A stretch of DNA of 64,000 bases from Candidatus Levybacteria bacterium RIFCSPHIGHO2_01_FULL_38_26 (GCA_001782075.1 MFNO01000013.1:48608-112607), one strand, 5' to 3'. Counted from the first letter of the stretch, positions 28,014 to 38,726 are shown. A program made the numbers and translations. The notes: a model not told the origin generated them from the letters alone.

Positions 28014-28393
28014 GAGTTAAGCATATAAAACCGGAGTTTGTAGATGAAAGGGGTGGAATAGCGCGTGTTGTAGATCAGGATAAATTTCCAATCAGAGCAA
28101 TCCTTAGGATCACAAGCAAAAAAGGCACAACAAGAGCAAACCATTTCCACAAAACCGACTATCATTATATATATGTAGAGAGTGGTAAATGCGAATATTC
28201 TGAGATAGATTCAAAAAACAAAACTGGAAAAGCAGAAACTGTAATATTAGAATCTGGCGATGTAGTTTTATCGCGTCCTGGAATAATACACGGAGTAAAA
28301 TTTTTGGAAGACACTGTTATTTATGCATTTACAACTGAGAGAAGAGAGCAGGACATGTATGAGAAGGATATTAAAAGAATAAAAATAGTTTAG
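28004..28393 (+). CDS. Small cupin, FdtA/WxcM-like NDP-4-keto-6-deoxyhexose 3,4-ketoisomerase (or RmlC-like epimerase)
   Basis: 129 aa with FVDERGGIARV...RANHFHK..., the conserved DERG and H-x-H pattern of FdtA-type cupins. Confidence 0.55.
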   Translation: MAIRVKHIKPEFVDERGGIARVVDQDKFPIRAILRITSKKGTTRANHFHKTDYHYIYVESGKCEYSEIDSKNKTGKAETVILESGDVVLSRPGIIHGVKFLEDTVIYAFTTERREQDMYEKDIKRIKIV

Positions 28394-28401
28394 ATACCAA
28401 T

Positions 28402-29646
28402 ATGGCAAAAGTTAAAAAGATTAATTATTGCAGGTTGTGTAAGAGTAAAAATTTGGAAAAAGTTTTGGATTTTGGAAAAACTCCAACGGCAAATTCATTC
28501 CTTAAAAAAAGTCAACTTAGAGATAAAGAGGATTTTTTCCCACTTGCTGTTAATTTTTGTAAAAATTGCGGCCAGCTTCAGCTTAGCCACGTTGTGTCTC
28601 CTGAAATAATGTTTCGACATTATGTTTGGGTGTCTTCAACATCTCCTGTAACTGTAAAACACTTTGAAGAATACGCAAAATCTGTTTTTAACAATCTTTT
28701 GCTTAAGAAGGGGGATTTGGTAGTTGAGATGGGAAGTAACGACGGCGTTCTTTTGAAACCTTTTAAAAAACTTGGGATGAGGGTTTTGGGTGTTGATCCG
28801 GCAAGAAATGTCGCGAAAAGAGCTACAAAAGAAGGAATTCCAACTCTACCGCATTTTTTTAATACAAAGGTTGCAAAACAAATTGCCAAAAAATATGGGC
28901 GAGGAAAAGTTATCGCAGCCAACAATGTCTTCGCGCACATCAATGATTTAGACGAAATTGTAAAAGCAGTTGGTGAACTTTTGGATAAAGACGGCGCTTT
29001 TGTAATTGAGGCGCCGTACAATATAGATCTTGTGGAGAAAAATCTTTTTGACATTGTATATCACGAACACCTTTCATATTTGGCTATAAAACCGCTGGAT
29101 AAATTTTTCGTTAACCATGGAATGCAAATTTTTGACGTTGTTAAAAAAGACGTACATGGAGGCTCGGTCAGAGTTTATGTTAAGTTTAAAGAAGCAAAAT
29201 ATAAGGTTAAAGGTTCTGTTAAGAAATTTATAGATCTGGAGAAAAAGAAAAAACTATTTAATATAGATACTTATCGAAGGTTTGCAAGAAAAATTGAAGA
29301 AAACAAAATTAAGCTATCTAAGCTTTTGCGAAAACTAAAAAAAGAAAAAAAGAGTATTGCGGGATACGGAGCGCCGGCAAAAAGCACGACTCTTCTTCAC
29401 TATTTTAATCTTGGTACTGAGAATCTTGATTTTATAGCTGACGACAGCCCCTATAAACAAGGACTTTTTACTCCGGGAAAGCACATTCCGGTTATTTCGC
29501 CAAAAGAAATTTATACAAAAAATCCAGACTATCTTCTCATTTTGGCTTGGAATTTTGCAGATTCGGTTATGAAAATGCACGAGAAATACAAAAAGGCTGG
29601 GGGGAAATTTATTATTCCAGTTCCGAGCCCTACAATTTATGATTAA
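28402..29646 (+). CDS. NDP-hexose C-methyltransferase-family protein (Zn-ribbon + SAM MTase + C-methyltransferase C-terminal domain; TylCIII-like)
   Basis: N-terminal Cys4 (CRLCKS...CKNCG), a central VVEMGSNDGVLL SAM motif, a C-terminal domain of about 130 aa, and 414 aa in total. Confidence 0.65.
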   Translation: MAKVKKINYCRLCKSKNLEKVLDFGKTPTANSFLKKSQLRDKEDFFPLAVNFCKNCGQLQLSHVVSPEIMFRHYVWVSSTSPVTVKHFEEYAKSVFNNLLLKKGDLVVEMGSNDGVLLKPFKKLGMRVLGVDPARNVAKRATKEGIPTLPHFFNTKVAKQIAKKYGRGKVIAANNVFAHINDLDEIVKAVGELLDKDGAFVIEAPYNIDLVEKNLFDIVYHEHLSYLAIKPLDKFFVNHGMQIFDVVKKDVHGGSVRVYVKFKEAKYKVKGSVKKFIDLEKKKKLFNIDTYRRFARKIEENKIKLSKLLRKLKKEKKSIAGYGAPAKSTTLLHYFNLGTENLDFIADDSPYKQGLFTPGKHIPVISPKEIYTKNPDYLLILAWNFADSVMKMHEKYKKAGGKFIIPVPSPTIYD

Positions 29647-30691
29647 AAGCAGAGTCGTTCAAAACGATATTAGAAAAATAGCGTTGCGGATTAAAAAAGA
29701 CGCAAAAATTTTAAGCGGAAAGACAGTTTTAATTACTGGCGGTTCTGGCTTTTTGGGTAAATATTTCCTGTATACAATTTGGTATTTAAATAAAAATTTA
29801 TTCTCAAAACCAGCTAGAGTAGTTTCATTGGATAATTATATTACCGGAACAAAAGATAATCCTTTTGTGAATGATGAGAATTTTAAATTCATTAAACACG
29901 ATGTAAGAGAACCTTTTTACTTGAAAGATCGTGTTGATTATATAATTCATGCGGCCGGCATTGCGTCGCCGGTTTTTTATATGAAGTATCCACTTGAGAC
30001 ACTTGAAGTTGCAACATTTGGTACCAAGTATATGCTGGAATTTGCAAAATCCAAAAAAGTAAAAAGTTTTTTGTTTTTTAGCTCCAGCGAAGTTTATGGA
30101 GATCCTGATCCTAATTTTGTTCCAACACCGGAGAATTATCCAGGAAACGTTTCTTGTACGGGGCCAAGAGCTTGTTATGATGAATCGAAAAGACTTGGCG
30201 AGACTTTGTGTACGATTTATCACAGCTTATACAAACTTCCTGCTAAAATCGTTCGTCCCTTCAATGTTTATGGTCCTGGCATGAAAACCAATGATTATAG
30301 AGTAGTCCCTCGATTTTTAACCAGTGCTTTGAAGAAAGAGCCATTGCCCGTTCATGCCGGGGGAAATCAAACAAGAACCTTTTGTTATATCTCAGATGCT
30401 ATAACAGCATTTTTCAAAGTATTGCTTTCAGACAAGAATGGAGAAGTTTACAATGTCGGTAACGATGAAAATGAAATGAATATGATGACTCTTGCACAAA
30501 CTGTTTCAGGTTTATTTAGGGGTAAACTCCAAGTAAAATCAGTTGATTATCCCTTGACTTATCCTCAAGGAGACCCGAGGAGACGAGCGCCAGATCTTAC
30601 AAAGATAAGGACAGAACTTGGATATAAGCCAATGGTTAATCTGAAAACTGGATTAGAAAGAACACTGAGATGGTACAAAGAAAAGATTTAA
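29639..30691 (+). CDS. Extended-SDR nucleotide-sugar dehydratase/reductase (UXS/ArnA-like)
   Basis: VLITGGSGFLGKYF, YDESKRLGE, RPFNVYGP. Confidence 0.75.
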   Translation: MIKSRVVQNDIRKIALRIKKDAKILSGKTVLITGGSGFLGKYFLYTIWYLNKNLFSKPARVVSLDNYITGTKDNPFVNDENFKFIKHDVREPFYLKDRVDYIIHAAGIASPVFYMKYPLETLEVATFGTKYMLEFAKSKKVKSFLFFSSSEVYGDPDPNFVPTPENYPGNVSCTGPRACYDESKRLGETLCTIYHSLYKLPAKIVRPFNVYGPGMKTNDYRVVPRFLTSALKKEPLPVHAGGNQTRTFCYISDAITAFFKVLLSDKNGEVYNVGNDENEMNMMTLAQTVSGLFRGKLQVKSVDYPLTYPQGDPRRRAPDLTKIRTELGYKPMVNLKTGLERTLRWYKEKI

Positions 30692-32136
30692 TTTTTATCT
30701 TACTTCTTTTGGTTTTGGCATATGTTGCATGGCAACAAATTCCACAGCTTGTGATTAGGGGCGACGGATTTGTTTATATGGTTTCCTCAACGCTAAATGA
30801 GTTTTTTGGCAGAGATTACTTTTACACAGGATTTGAGTTGTCAGCTGCCGTTCTGGGTTTAATACTTCCAGCATTATACAAAACCAATATCAGTTATTAT
30901 TTTTACACCTCGCTTTTTGTCATGATGATTATCAATGTGTTTTTTTATATTCTTCTTCGATTCATTACAAAAAACAAGGTTGTATCCTTTTTTGGAGCTC
31001 TAATATTTGCCGTGAATTATTTTGGTAATTTTGATATGTATTCTCAGCATTGTTATTGCTTTTTTACGGAGCGCATAGTGCCTGTGATTTTTATACTTCC
31101 CGCTTTTTTATTCCTCCATTTATTTTTGGAAAAACAAAAGATCAAGTATTATTTTATTTCTATTCTCTTATATTTTCTAGGGATAGGCATGGGACATTTT
31201 GTAGTATTATTTACCGCGCCGTTTTTTTTGTACCCAATTTTTTGGTATCTTTTTAAAAACAAAAAAATTATTGAGCGAACAAAAGGGATACTGATTGGCG
31301 CACCCTATTTAATGACAAGTGGATTTTTTGTTTTAATTCAGAGGGTACATGAGGCAGGGCTTGAGAAAAAAGTAGGGCTTTTAGAATTTTTACTCAATCC
31401 CCAGGCTACACAATATCCTGAAAAAATAGTAAGGCAGTTAGTTTATTGGTCCGAGTACGAACCGATAATTTTAAACTTTGGCAGAGCATCGCTTCATAGC
31501 TATATTGATGTACAAAGCGCCGTATCAATCACTCCTTATGTTGTGGGAATTTATATACTTGCGGCTCTTATTTTGTTTATCAAGTTAACTCATATGAGAG
31601 CACTTCTTCTTACAACTATTTTTGGAACGCTTTCAATTTTTTATTTAAATGCCTGGTTTGGTCAGTATGATGTACTAAATCAACCGGGAGCAAACAGATA
31701 TCTTTATCTTCCAACAATTCTTCTTGTTATTTTCTGGACGCTGTTTTTGTGGATGCTCTGGAAGAGCAAGTATAGGATTATAAAAATATTGGCAATTGTA
31801 TTAGTTGCCATTTATTATCTTCTGAATTGGATAATAATTTCCGACATGTTTAGAGATGTGCTTTTTTGGGACAGATCAACAAAAGTAACCTATCAATATA
31901 TGAATTCAATTAGAGAACGTTTACCCAAGGGCACCCTAGTCGTTGCTCCGTACCCCGAGGTCGGAGTATATGAGTCAATGTTTTTTACAGAACAAATAGG
32001 AAATGGAGAGGTTGAGTTTTTGGCAGAGGATCATCCCTATAGGGATTGGGTACAGGCTGCAAGTGCTTCAGCCCATGTTGTCAGGCTTAAATATGATAAG
32101 GAATGCGACTGCATTAAAGAGATAAAAATAAAATAA
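30670..32136 (+). CDS. Polytopic membrane protein (GT-C-like candidate)
   Basis: About 12 TM, 488 aa. Confidence 0.5.
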   Translation: MVQRKDLIFILLLLVLAYVAWQQIPQLVIRGDGFVYMVSSTLNEFFGRDYFYTGFELSAAVLGLILPALYKTNISYYFYTSLFVMMIINVFFYILLRFITKNKVVSFFGALIFAVNYFGNFDMYSQHCYCFFTERIVPVIFILPAFLFLHLFLEKQKIKYYFISILLYFLGIGMGHFVVLFTAPFFLYPIFWYLFKNKKIIERTKGILIGAPYLMTSGFFVLIQRVHEAGLEKKVGLLEFLLNPQATQYPEKIVRQLVYWSEYEPIILNFGRASLHSYIDVQSAVSITPYVVGIYILAALILFIKLTHMRALLLTTIFGTLSIFYLNAWFGQYDVLNQPGANRYLYLPTILLVIFWTLFLWMLWKSKYRIIKILAIVLVAIYYLLNWIIISDMFRDVLFWDRSTKVTYQYMNSIRERLPKGTLVVAPYPEVGVYESMFFTEQIGNGEVEFLAEDHPYRDWVQAASASAHVVRLKYDKECDCIKEIKIK

Positions 32137-32140
32137 ATTT

Positions 32141-32872
32141 ATGTGGAGAAATAGGCAGGTGGCATTGATTCTTCCCACTTATAAAGAAAAGAAATCTATC
32201 GCTTCTGTGATTAGTAAATTTGATGCGATGGGATTTATTGATGATATAGTGGTTGTTGATAATAACGCGGAGAAAGGCACTAGAGAAGAAGTAGCTAAAA
32301 CCCGCGCGAGAGTTGTTGCTGAGAGAAAACAAGGATACGGAAACGCAATACGCAAAGGAATAATGTCCACAAAAGCGCCACTAGTTATTATTGCCGAACC
32401 GGACGGATCATTCGATGGAAAAGATGTGGTCAAGCTTCTTGCCTATAGCGATGATTTTGATATGGTATTTGGATCGCGTACTCATTTGCCTCTGGTCCAG
32501 AAAGGTTCGGACATGAGGCTTTATAAAAGACTTGGGGATGTGTTCTTGGGAAGGATAATTACCTGGCTTTTCTTAGGTCCTCCTCTTACTGATGTTGGCT
32601 GCACGCTTCGGATCACCAGCATAAAAGCGTGGAAGAAAATAGAGTCGGAGTGTAAATCAGAAGATGGAATTTTCGCAACCGAGTGGCTGGCTGTTGCCGC
32701 CAAGAATCGTATTCGATTTATAGAAATTCCTATAAATTATAAGGCCAGGGTAGGAAAATCTCTTTTTGTCGAAAAGCCGTATACTAAAGGAACAGTATGG
32801 GGAATACGAAAATTCTATTGCATATTAAAGGTGTGGTTATATGGCATCTTAAACAAGAAGCTTTATGAGTAA
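32141..32872 (+). CDS. GT2, DPM1-like
   Basis: VALILPTYKEKKSIASV...IVVVDNNAEKGT...IAEPDGS. Confidence 0.8.
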   Translation: MWRNRQVALILPTYKEKKSIASVISKFDAMGFIDDIVVVDNNAEKGTREEVAKTRARVVAERKQGYGNAIRKGIMSTKAPLVIIAEPDGSFDGKDVVKLLAYSDDFDMVFGSRTHLPLVQKGSDMRLYKRLGDVFLGRIITWLFLGPPLTDVGCTLRITSIKAWKKIESECKSEDGIFATEWLAVAAKNRIRFIEIPINYKARVGKSLFVEKPYTKGTVWGIRKFYCILKVWLYGILNKKLYE

Positions 32873-33809
32873 GAAAGAATTTATACGGACATTGTGTATT
32901 TTTTGCAAAAGTAAACCAACCCTTTCGCTTTTAGGTTTAACTGACTATTGGCATTGTCCAGACTGTGGCATTGCTTGGGTAAAAAAAATTCCAAAAGTAG
33001 AGTATGGGGACATGTATTACAAAGGAAAATCAACTTTGGCATCTAGAGTTTTTGCTCCTATTGGCAAAACGTTTTACAGCCTGAGAAGCACATATGCAGG
33101 AAATGGGGGGAAGAAAGTTTGGATAGATGTCGGAGCTGGAGACGGTGGATTTTTGAGTACTGTTGCAGCAAAAAAGAAAATTGGAGTTGAGGTATCTTCC
33201 TCGGGCAGAAAAATAATGCAGCAAAATGGGCTTGATACTTTGACTGACAGGCAATTTTTGAAATCAAAAGGACTTAATGCAGATATCATAAGCTTTTGGC
33301 ATGTTCTTGAGCATGTTGAAAAACCATGGGAATATTTGGAATCAGCGAAAAGAAATTTAAAGAAAAATGGCAAAATAATTATCGGTATTCCAAATATAGA
33401 CAGTTTTGAATTCAAGTACGCAAAAAAATATTGGTTTCATTTACAACCGCAATTTCATTTGTGGCATTTTACTCCAAAGTCAGTCAAGAAGCTTTTGGAT
33501 ATAACAGGGTTTACAGTGAATAAAATAGATCATTGGTCAATCGAGCATCATCCGACTGGCGTACTTCAATCGTTTATAAATAAATCATCAGGATCTTCTG
33601 AAAATGTTTTGCACAAACTGATAAAAAGAGGAACAGGAAAATCACATCTTGCGCCAAAAGATATTTTTTGGGTCGGATTCTGGACGTCCATTGGCTCACC
33701 AATTATCTTTTCTTTTTGGCTCGGAGGCTCGATTTTCCGAAAAGCAGGAACTATTGTAGTTGTTGCTTCTAAAAGTGCTTATAAATTTTCATCTCCAAAG
33801 ATAAAGTAA
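32865..33809 (+). CDS. SAM-dependent methyltransferase with N-terminal Zn-ribbon
   Basis: CIFCKS...CPDCG, WIDVGAGDGGF, then a short C-terminal hydrophobic segment. Confidence 0.7.
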   Translation: MSKKEFIRTLCIFCKSKPTLSLLGLTDYWHCPDCGIAWVKKIPKVEYGDMYYKGKSTLASRVFAPIGKTFYSLRSTYAGNGGKKVWIDVGAGDGGFLSTVAAKKKIGVEVSSSGRKIMQQNGLDTLTDRQFLKSKGLNADIISFWHVLEHVEKPWEYLESAKRNLKKNGKIIIGIPNIDSFEFKYAKKYWFHLQPQFHLWHFTPKSVKKLLDITGFTVNKIDHWSIEHHPTGVLQSFINKSSGSSENVLHKLIKRGTGKSHLAPKDIFWVGFWTSIGSPIIFSFWLGGSIFRKAGTIVVVASKSAYKFSSPKIK

Positions 33810-33836
33810 GATTTACGATAATAATCGTGATACAAT

Positions 33837-34622
33837 TTGTTTTGTATTGTTATGGCTAATCAAGAGAAATTAAGATACGAAAATGTTGGAATTACAGGAG
33901 CGAATGGTCATATTGGGACAGTGCTTCGTGAAGGATTACAGGATCTTTATAAGATTAAATCTTTTACTTTAGAGGCAACATCATTTCCCTCTGTTGTCCT
34001 TGATCTATCGGATGAAGACAGAATAAAAGGTTCTTTTCTAGGACTTGATGCAGTCATTCATTTGGCTGCAGACGTAAATCCTAATTCTTCTTGGGAAAGT
34101 ATTTCAAATAATAATATTGAAGCAACGTATCAAGTATTTGAAGAATGCAGGCGTTCAGGTGTTAAGAGAATAGTTTTTGCATCAACGAATCATGTAATGC
34201 ATGGGAATACAATTCTTACGACCCCAGAAACATTAGATGCAACTAAAAAAAATCTGATGAAGCTAACTGATCCGTCAAATCCTGATTCTTTGTATGCGAT
34301 ATCAAAGTTATTTGGAGAAAATCTAGGAAAGTTATATAGTCAGCAGTACGGGCTTGAGTTTGTGGGACTTCGGATTGGATGGACAATTCCTGAGGATGAT
34401 CCAAGTGTGAAACGTGGGATAAGCGCAGAAGATTATATAAGGGCAATGTTTCTTAGCAAACGAGATTGTGTTCAAGCCTTTAGATGCGCTCTTGAGGTTC
34501 CTACTCAATTCGTTCTTGGTTATGCTATAAGTAATAACGATAGAAAAGTTTTTGATCTTAATGAGACTAGGCAAAATTTAGGATATAATCCTCAAGATAA
34601 TGCAGAAAATTATTTTAAATAA
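33837..34622 (+). CDS. NAD(P)-dependent sugar epimerase/reductase (atypical short SDR)
   Basis: VGITGANGHIGTVL, YAISK. Confidence 0.6.
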   Translation: MFCIVMANQEKLRYENVGITGANGHIGTVLREGLQDLYKIKSFTLEATSFPSVVLDLSDEDRIKGSFLGLDAVIHLAADVNPNSSWESISNNNIEATYQVFEECRRSGVKRIVFASTNHVMHGNTILTTPETLDATKKNLMKLTDPSNPDSLYAISKLFGENLGKLYSQQYGLEFVGLRIGWTIPEDDPSVKRGISAEDYIRAMFLSKRDCVQAFRCALEVPTQFVLGYAISNNDRKVFDLNETRQNLGYNPQDNAENYFK

Positions 34623-35723
34623 CTACTTATAGAATGTTTTAATTTTTTTGCAGATATATTCGATTTCTGAGTCTTTTATTTCAGGGAACATGGGAAGAGA
34701 GAGAGTTTTTTTTGCCAATTTTTCTGCTATCGGAAAATCGCCTTTTTTATAACCTAAATTTTTATATACAGGCTGCAGGTGAATTGGGGTAGGGTAGTGG
34801 ATTACAGTTGATATACCGTTTTTTTCCAAATACTTTTTCAGAGCGTCTCTTTTTTCCGCAAGGATTGCGTATATGTGATACGCATGATAAGCATAAGGCA
34901 TTTCTACAGGCGTCTTGATTTGCTCAATACCTTTTAGCAATTTGTTATATTTTTGGGCTGCTTTTCTTCTTTTCTGGTTCCATTTCTCAAGGTGTTTTAA
35001 TTTAGCAAGTAGAATACTTGCATGGAGCGTATCAAGCCGGGATTTATAGCCAAAAGTTTCATGGACATATTTTTCAACTGATCCGTCATTTCGAAGATAT
35101 TTTAGTTTTTCTTTAATTTGTTTATTATCGGTAACGACTGCGCCTCCATCTCCAAACGCGCCCAAATTTTTTCCGGGATAAAAAGAAAATGCCCCTGTTT
35201 CTGTATAGGGGAGTATTTTATCTTTGTATTTTCCGCCATGGGCTTGGCAGCAATCTTCAATAATAATCAGGCGGTGTTTTTTTGCGATATCAACAATCGG
35301 ATCCATGTCAGCTGACTGTCCATATAAATGTATCGGGATAATTGCTTTTGTTTTTCTTGTGATTCTTTTTTCAATTTCTTTTGGATCTATGTTGTAGCTT
35401 TTTGGATCTACATCTGCCAAAACAGGCGTGGCTGCGACATTGGATACTGTCATGGCGCTGGCTATATAGCTATTTGCGGCGGTAATAACTTCATCCCCTT
35501 TGCCTATTCCGTACGCAATAAGGGTAAGAAATAACGCATCGGTTCCAGAGTTTAGCCCTACAGCATACTTTTTGTCGCAAAAAGCGGCAAATTTTTTTTC
35601 AAATTCTTCAAGCGGTTTTCCAAGAGAAAAAGTAGCGTTAAAAACAGTATCTTCAATTGCTTTTGTTATTTCTTTTTTATAAATTCTGTTTTGTCTTTTT
35701 AAATCAACGAAGTCTATATTCAC
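34623..35723 (-). CDS. DegT/DnrJ/EryC1/StrS-family PLP-dependent nucleotide-sugar aminotransferase
   Basis: LNSGTDALFL, SFYPGKNLGAFGDGGAV. Confidence 0.85.
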   Translation of the reverse strand: MNIDFVDLKRQNRIYKKEITKAIEDTVFNATFSLGKPLEEFEKKFAAFCDKKYAVGLNSGTDALFLTLIAYGIGKGDEVITAANSYIASAMTVSNVAATPVLADVDPKSYNIDPKEIEKRITRKTKAIIPIHLYGQSADMDPIVDIAKKHRLIIIEDCCQAHGGKYKDKILPYTETGAFSFYPGKNLGAFGDGGAVVTDNKQIKEKLKYLRNDGSVEKYVHETFGYKSRLDTLHASILLAKLKHLEKWNQKRRKAAQKYNKLLKGIEQIKTPVEMPYAYHAYHIYAILAEKRDALKKYLEKNGISTVIHYPTPIHLQPVYKNLGYKKGDFPIAEKLAKKTLSLPMFPEIKDSEIEYICKKIKTFYK

Positions 35724-35794
35724 GAAATTAATATATCATAAACGTTAAGAACGAGCAATTGATTTTTGAATAGCGCTATGATAATGTTTAGATT

Positions 35795-36538
35795 GTGCTT
35801 AAAAGGCAATATGAGAACATTTTTAAAAATCAAGACAACCACTGGTGGTATAAAGGCATGAGGGCTATAAACGAAAGCTTGCTCAAAAAATATTTACCCG
35901 AAAATAAACCTCTAAAGATTCTCGACGCGGGATGCGGACCGGGAGCGGCACTTGTCTATCTTTCCAAATTTGGAGATGTAGTTGGCGTTGATATATCAGA
36001 TGACGCATTAAAATTTGCAAAGAAACGCGGTAAAGTAGTGAAGGGTGACGTTTCAGATTTACCATTTAAAGATGAAACATTTGATGTAGTTGTGTGTCTT
36101 GATGTTTTGTATCACAAATGGGTGGATCTTAAAAAAGCGCTTTCGGAGCTAAAAAGAGTTCTAAAACCAGGCGGAGTTCTACTAATCCGCGAGCCTGCTT
36201 TTGACTGGTTTAAAAGTAGTGAGGATATCGCATCTGCCACAAAACATAGGTTTACAAAAAACGAAGTCAAGGGAGAATTTGATAACTCATTTGTTATAAA
36301 AAAAATAACTTATGTTAATTTTTTTCTTTTTCCGTTTGCCCTTATCAAACGAATTCCTGAGGTAGTGGGTTTTAAAAAGAAAAGAGGAGTTAGCGATGTG
36401 CAAGCAGCCTCTCCTTTTTTAAACAAAATTCTTTTATTTATTTTTCAAAAAGAACAAAGTCTTATAAATTATGTAAATTTTCCTTTTGGGACTTCTGTAA
36501 TATGTGTTGCCCAGAAAAAATATGATAAAAAAAATTAG
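35795..36538 (+). CDS. Class I SAM-dependent methyltransferase
   Basis: ILDAGCGPGAAL...DVVVCLDVLYH. Confidence 0.8.
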   Translation: MLKRQYENIFKNQDNHWWYKGMRAINESLLKKYLPENKPLKILDAGCGPGAALVYLSKFGDVVGVDISDDALKFAKKRGKVVKGDVSDLPFKDETFDVVVCLDVLYHKWVDLKKALSELKRVLKPGGVLLIREPAFDWFKSSEDIASATKHRFTKNEVKGEFDNSFVIKKITYVNFFLFPFALIKRIPEVVGFKKKRGVSDVQAASPFLNKILLFIFQKEQSLINYVNFPFGTSVICVAQKKYDKKN

Positions 36539-38726
36539 CGGTGTTATCAAGAAGAATCCAGTAATATCATCGATTATACTTCTTGCTCTATTTTTGCGAC
36601 TTTACGGAATACACCCTGGCTATCCAGATATTCATCCGGATGAGAGCACCAGCTACCATACCGCAATTAATTTATTATACAATTTTTTAAACCCGATGAG
36701 ATTTGATTATCCCGCAGGAATGCCTTTTATTAACGCGTTGATTTATGCCGCTTTTTTTATCCCAATATCGATAGTAAGAATTATTTTTACAAATTTTGAT
36801 GCCTTACTTCAATTTGGATTTAATCCGATTCAGTTTTTTACCGATTACAAAGAAGCTATTTTTGGCAACCGGGACTTTTACGCAATGTATTGGAGCAGGG
36901 CAATTACTGCTGTTTTTGGCGCGGGAACAGTTTTGGTTTTATATCTTGCCGGCAAGAAATTATTTAATAAATCAGTTGGATTGTTTGCCGCTTTTTTTCT
37001 GGCTGTTAATTATCTTCATGTATTAAGGAGTCATTTTGGATTGCCAGATGTTTACAATGGTTTTTTTGCGGTGCTTACTCTTTTTGCATGCGGAATGCTT
37101 TTGGAAAAAGATTCACGAAGAAATTATCTTTTTGCCGCTATTTCAGCCGGCCTTATGTTTTCAATGAAATATCAAGTTTTTGCATTCTTGCCTTTTTTCC
37201 TCACCCATCTTTTTTTAACGTTTAGGAAAAGAAGCTTTTTTAATCTTTTCAATAAAGATTTTATTTTGAGTCTTTTTACAGCGGCTTTAGTATTCCTGGT
37301 TATTAATCCGTATTACATATTTAACATTGATGAAGCAATGAGGCAAAACAGACTTGACGTACTGCGTTATCGGATGGGAGATATTTTGCTTCGTCCATTT
37401 GGATATTTTTACCTTTATCATTGGGGAATTGGCAAGCTGCCAAGTATCATGGTAATTTTGGGAATTATTATGATGCTTTTAAAAAGCCCGTTGCGATTTG
37501 TTATTGTTGGTTCTTTTGCTTTCGCATTTCTATTCTTTATGACGGTTTACAGTCAGGGAGGAATTTTTACCCGTAATTTTGCAAATGTCATACCATACCT
37601 TATGCTTTTTGCAGGGTACGGAATGTATATTTTATTTACTCTTCTTATGAAAACCAGTCGTTCAGCCGCAAAAGTTATAATTTTTGTCTTTCTTCTTTTG
37701 GTTAATTTTACTTCATTTCAGAATTCATTTACTTTAGGCAAGTATTATTCAGAACCGTGGAACATAATTAAATTGGGTGAATGGTTTAGGGACGAACTTC
37801 CAAATGATGCGACAATAAGACATTATCAGTTATTTGTTCGTCAAGTTGGAGGCAAGGCGCTTGAGGAAAAACGGGCAGTTTTGAGAGACTGGGATTACTC
37901 CAAGGGTCCTAATTCTTTAGCCGAGTTTCAAGAGGAGGGAGACCAATTTGCTGTTTTGAATACGGAGCCGCTTCAAAACATTACCTATTGGTGGAGAGGA
38001 TGGAGTGATCCAAAGCTTTTTCTTCGATATAAAACTGTACCGTTTGATTTTATCCAAAACGATTTTTACGGTTTGACAGTGAAAGAATTGCTTCAGTACA
38101 CTGTTTTTGAAGCATACAAACCTTGGCAGGCACATAACGCTCATAACTATATTGTTTTCAAAATACCTCAGAAGCCAACAGTCTTAGGGAATAAAATCGC
38201 GGATTTTAGCTTTGACGCAAAACAAGACATGTGGCAAATTAAAGGAAATTATGAAGGTTACTCTCCTATTCGTGTTTCATGGTCTGACGGGGCACTTATT
38301 GCAACGGCAAGTGCTTCCAGATCTAGAATAACATCAGATCCAATTTCAGTTGAAGCAGGAAAACTTTACTCAGCGACTGGTTACGCGAAAGTAACATCAA
38401 TTGAGGAGATAGAAAGAGATGGGTTCTTAAGAATTGACTTTTACGAGCGCAAAGACGATTTGGATATTTCTGGAATTTCCGTTGGCATTTCTCAAAGAGT
38501 TCCCGCAACAAATGAGGTGGAAAAAGTACAAGTAAGTGGAGTCGCGCCCAGAGGAGCAAAATTTATGACAGTTAGTTTTCAATTTAAAGAAGCGTATTCC
38601 ATCGCTATTCTTGATAATGTAGAAGTTTTTGAAACAAGCGAAATTCCGGAAGAACAGTTGAAGGAGATTCCTTATATAAATCCTACAATTCCATTGGAGA
38701 GTTTGTATTATAATACATTTATATAA
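36504..38726 (+). CDS. GT-C membrane glycosyltransferase (ArnT/PMT-like) with an extracytoplasmic C-terminal domain of about 300 aa
   Basis: YGIHPGYPDIHPDESTSYH (DE motif), 12+ TM, and a hydrophilic C-terminal half. Confidence 0.6.
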   Translation: MLPRKNMIKKISGVIKKNPVISSIILLALFLRLYGIHPGYPDIHPDESTSYHTAINLLYNFLNPMRFDYPAGMPFINALIYAAFFIPISIVRIIFTNFDALLQFGFNPIQFFTDYKEAIFGNRDFYAMYWSRAITAVFGAGTVLVLYLAGKKLFNKSVGLFAAFFLAVNYLHVLRSHFGLPDVYNGFFAVLTLFACGMLLEKDSRRNYLFAAISAGLMFSMKYQVFAFLPFFLTHLFLTFRKRSFFNLFNKDFILSLFTAALVFLVINPYYIFNIDEAMRQNRLDVLRYRMGDILLRPFGYFYLYHWGIGKLPSIMVILGIIMMLLKSPLRFVIVGSFAFAFLFFMTVYSQGGIFTRNFANVIPYLMLFAGYGMYILFTLLMKTSRSAAKVIIFVFLLLVNFTSFQNSFTLGKYYSEPWNIIKLGEWFRDELPNDATIRHYQLFVRQVGGKALEEKRAVLRDWDYSKGPNSLAEFQEEGDQFAVLNTEPLQNITYWWRGWSDPKLFLRYKTVPFDFIQNDFYGLTVKELLQYTVFEAYKPWQAHNAHNYIVFKIPQKPTVLGNKIADFSFDAKQDMWQIKGNYEGYSPIRVSWSDGALIATASASRSRITSDPISVEAGKLYSATGYAKVTSIEEIERDGFLRIDFYERKDDLDISGISVGISQRVPATNEVEKVQVSGVAPRGAKFMTVSFQFKEAYSIAILDNVEVFETSEIPEEQLKEIPYINPTIPLESLYYNTFI

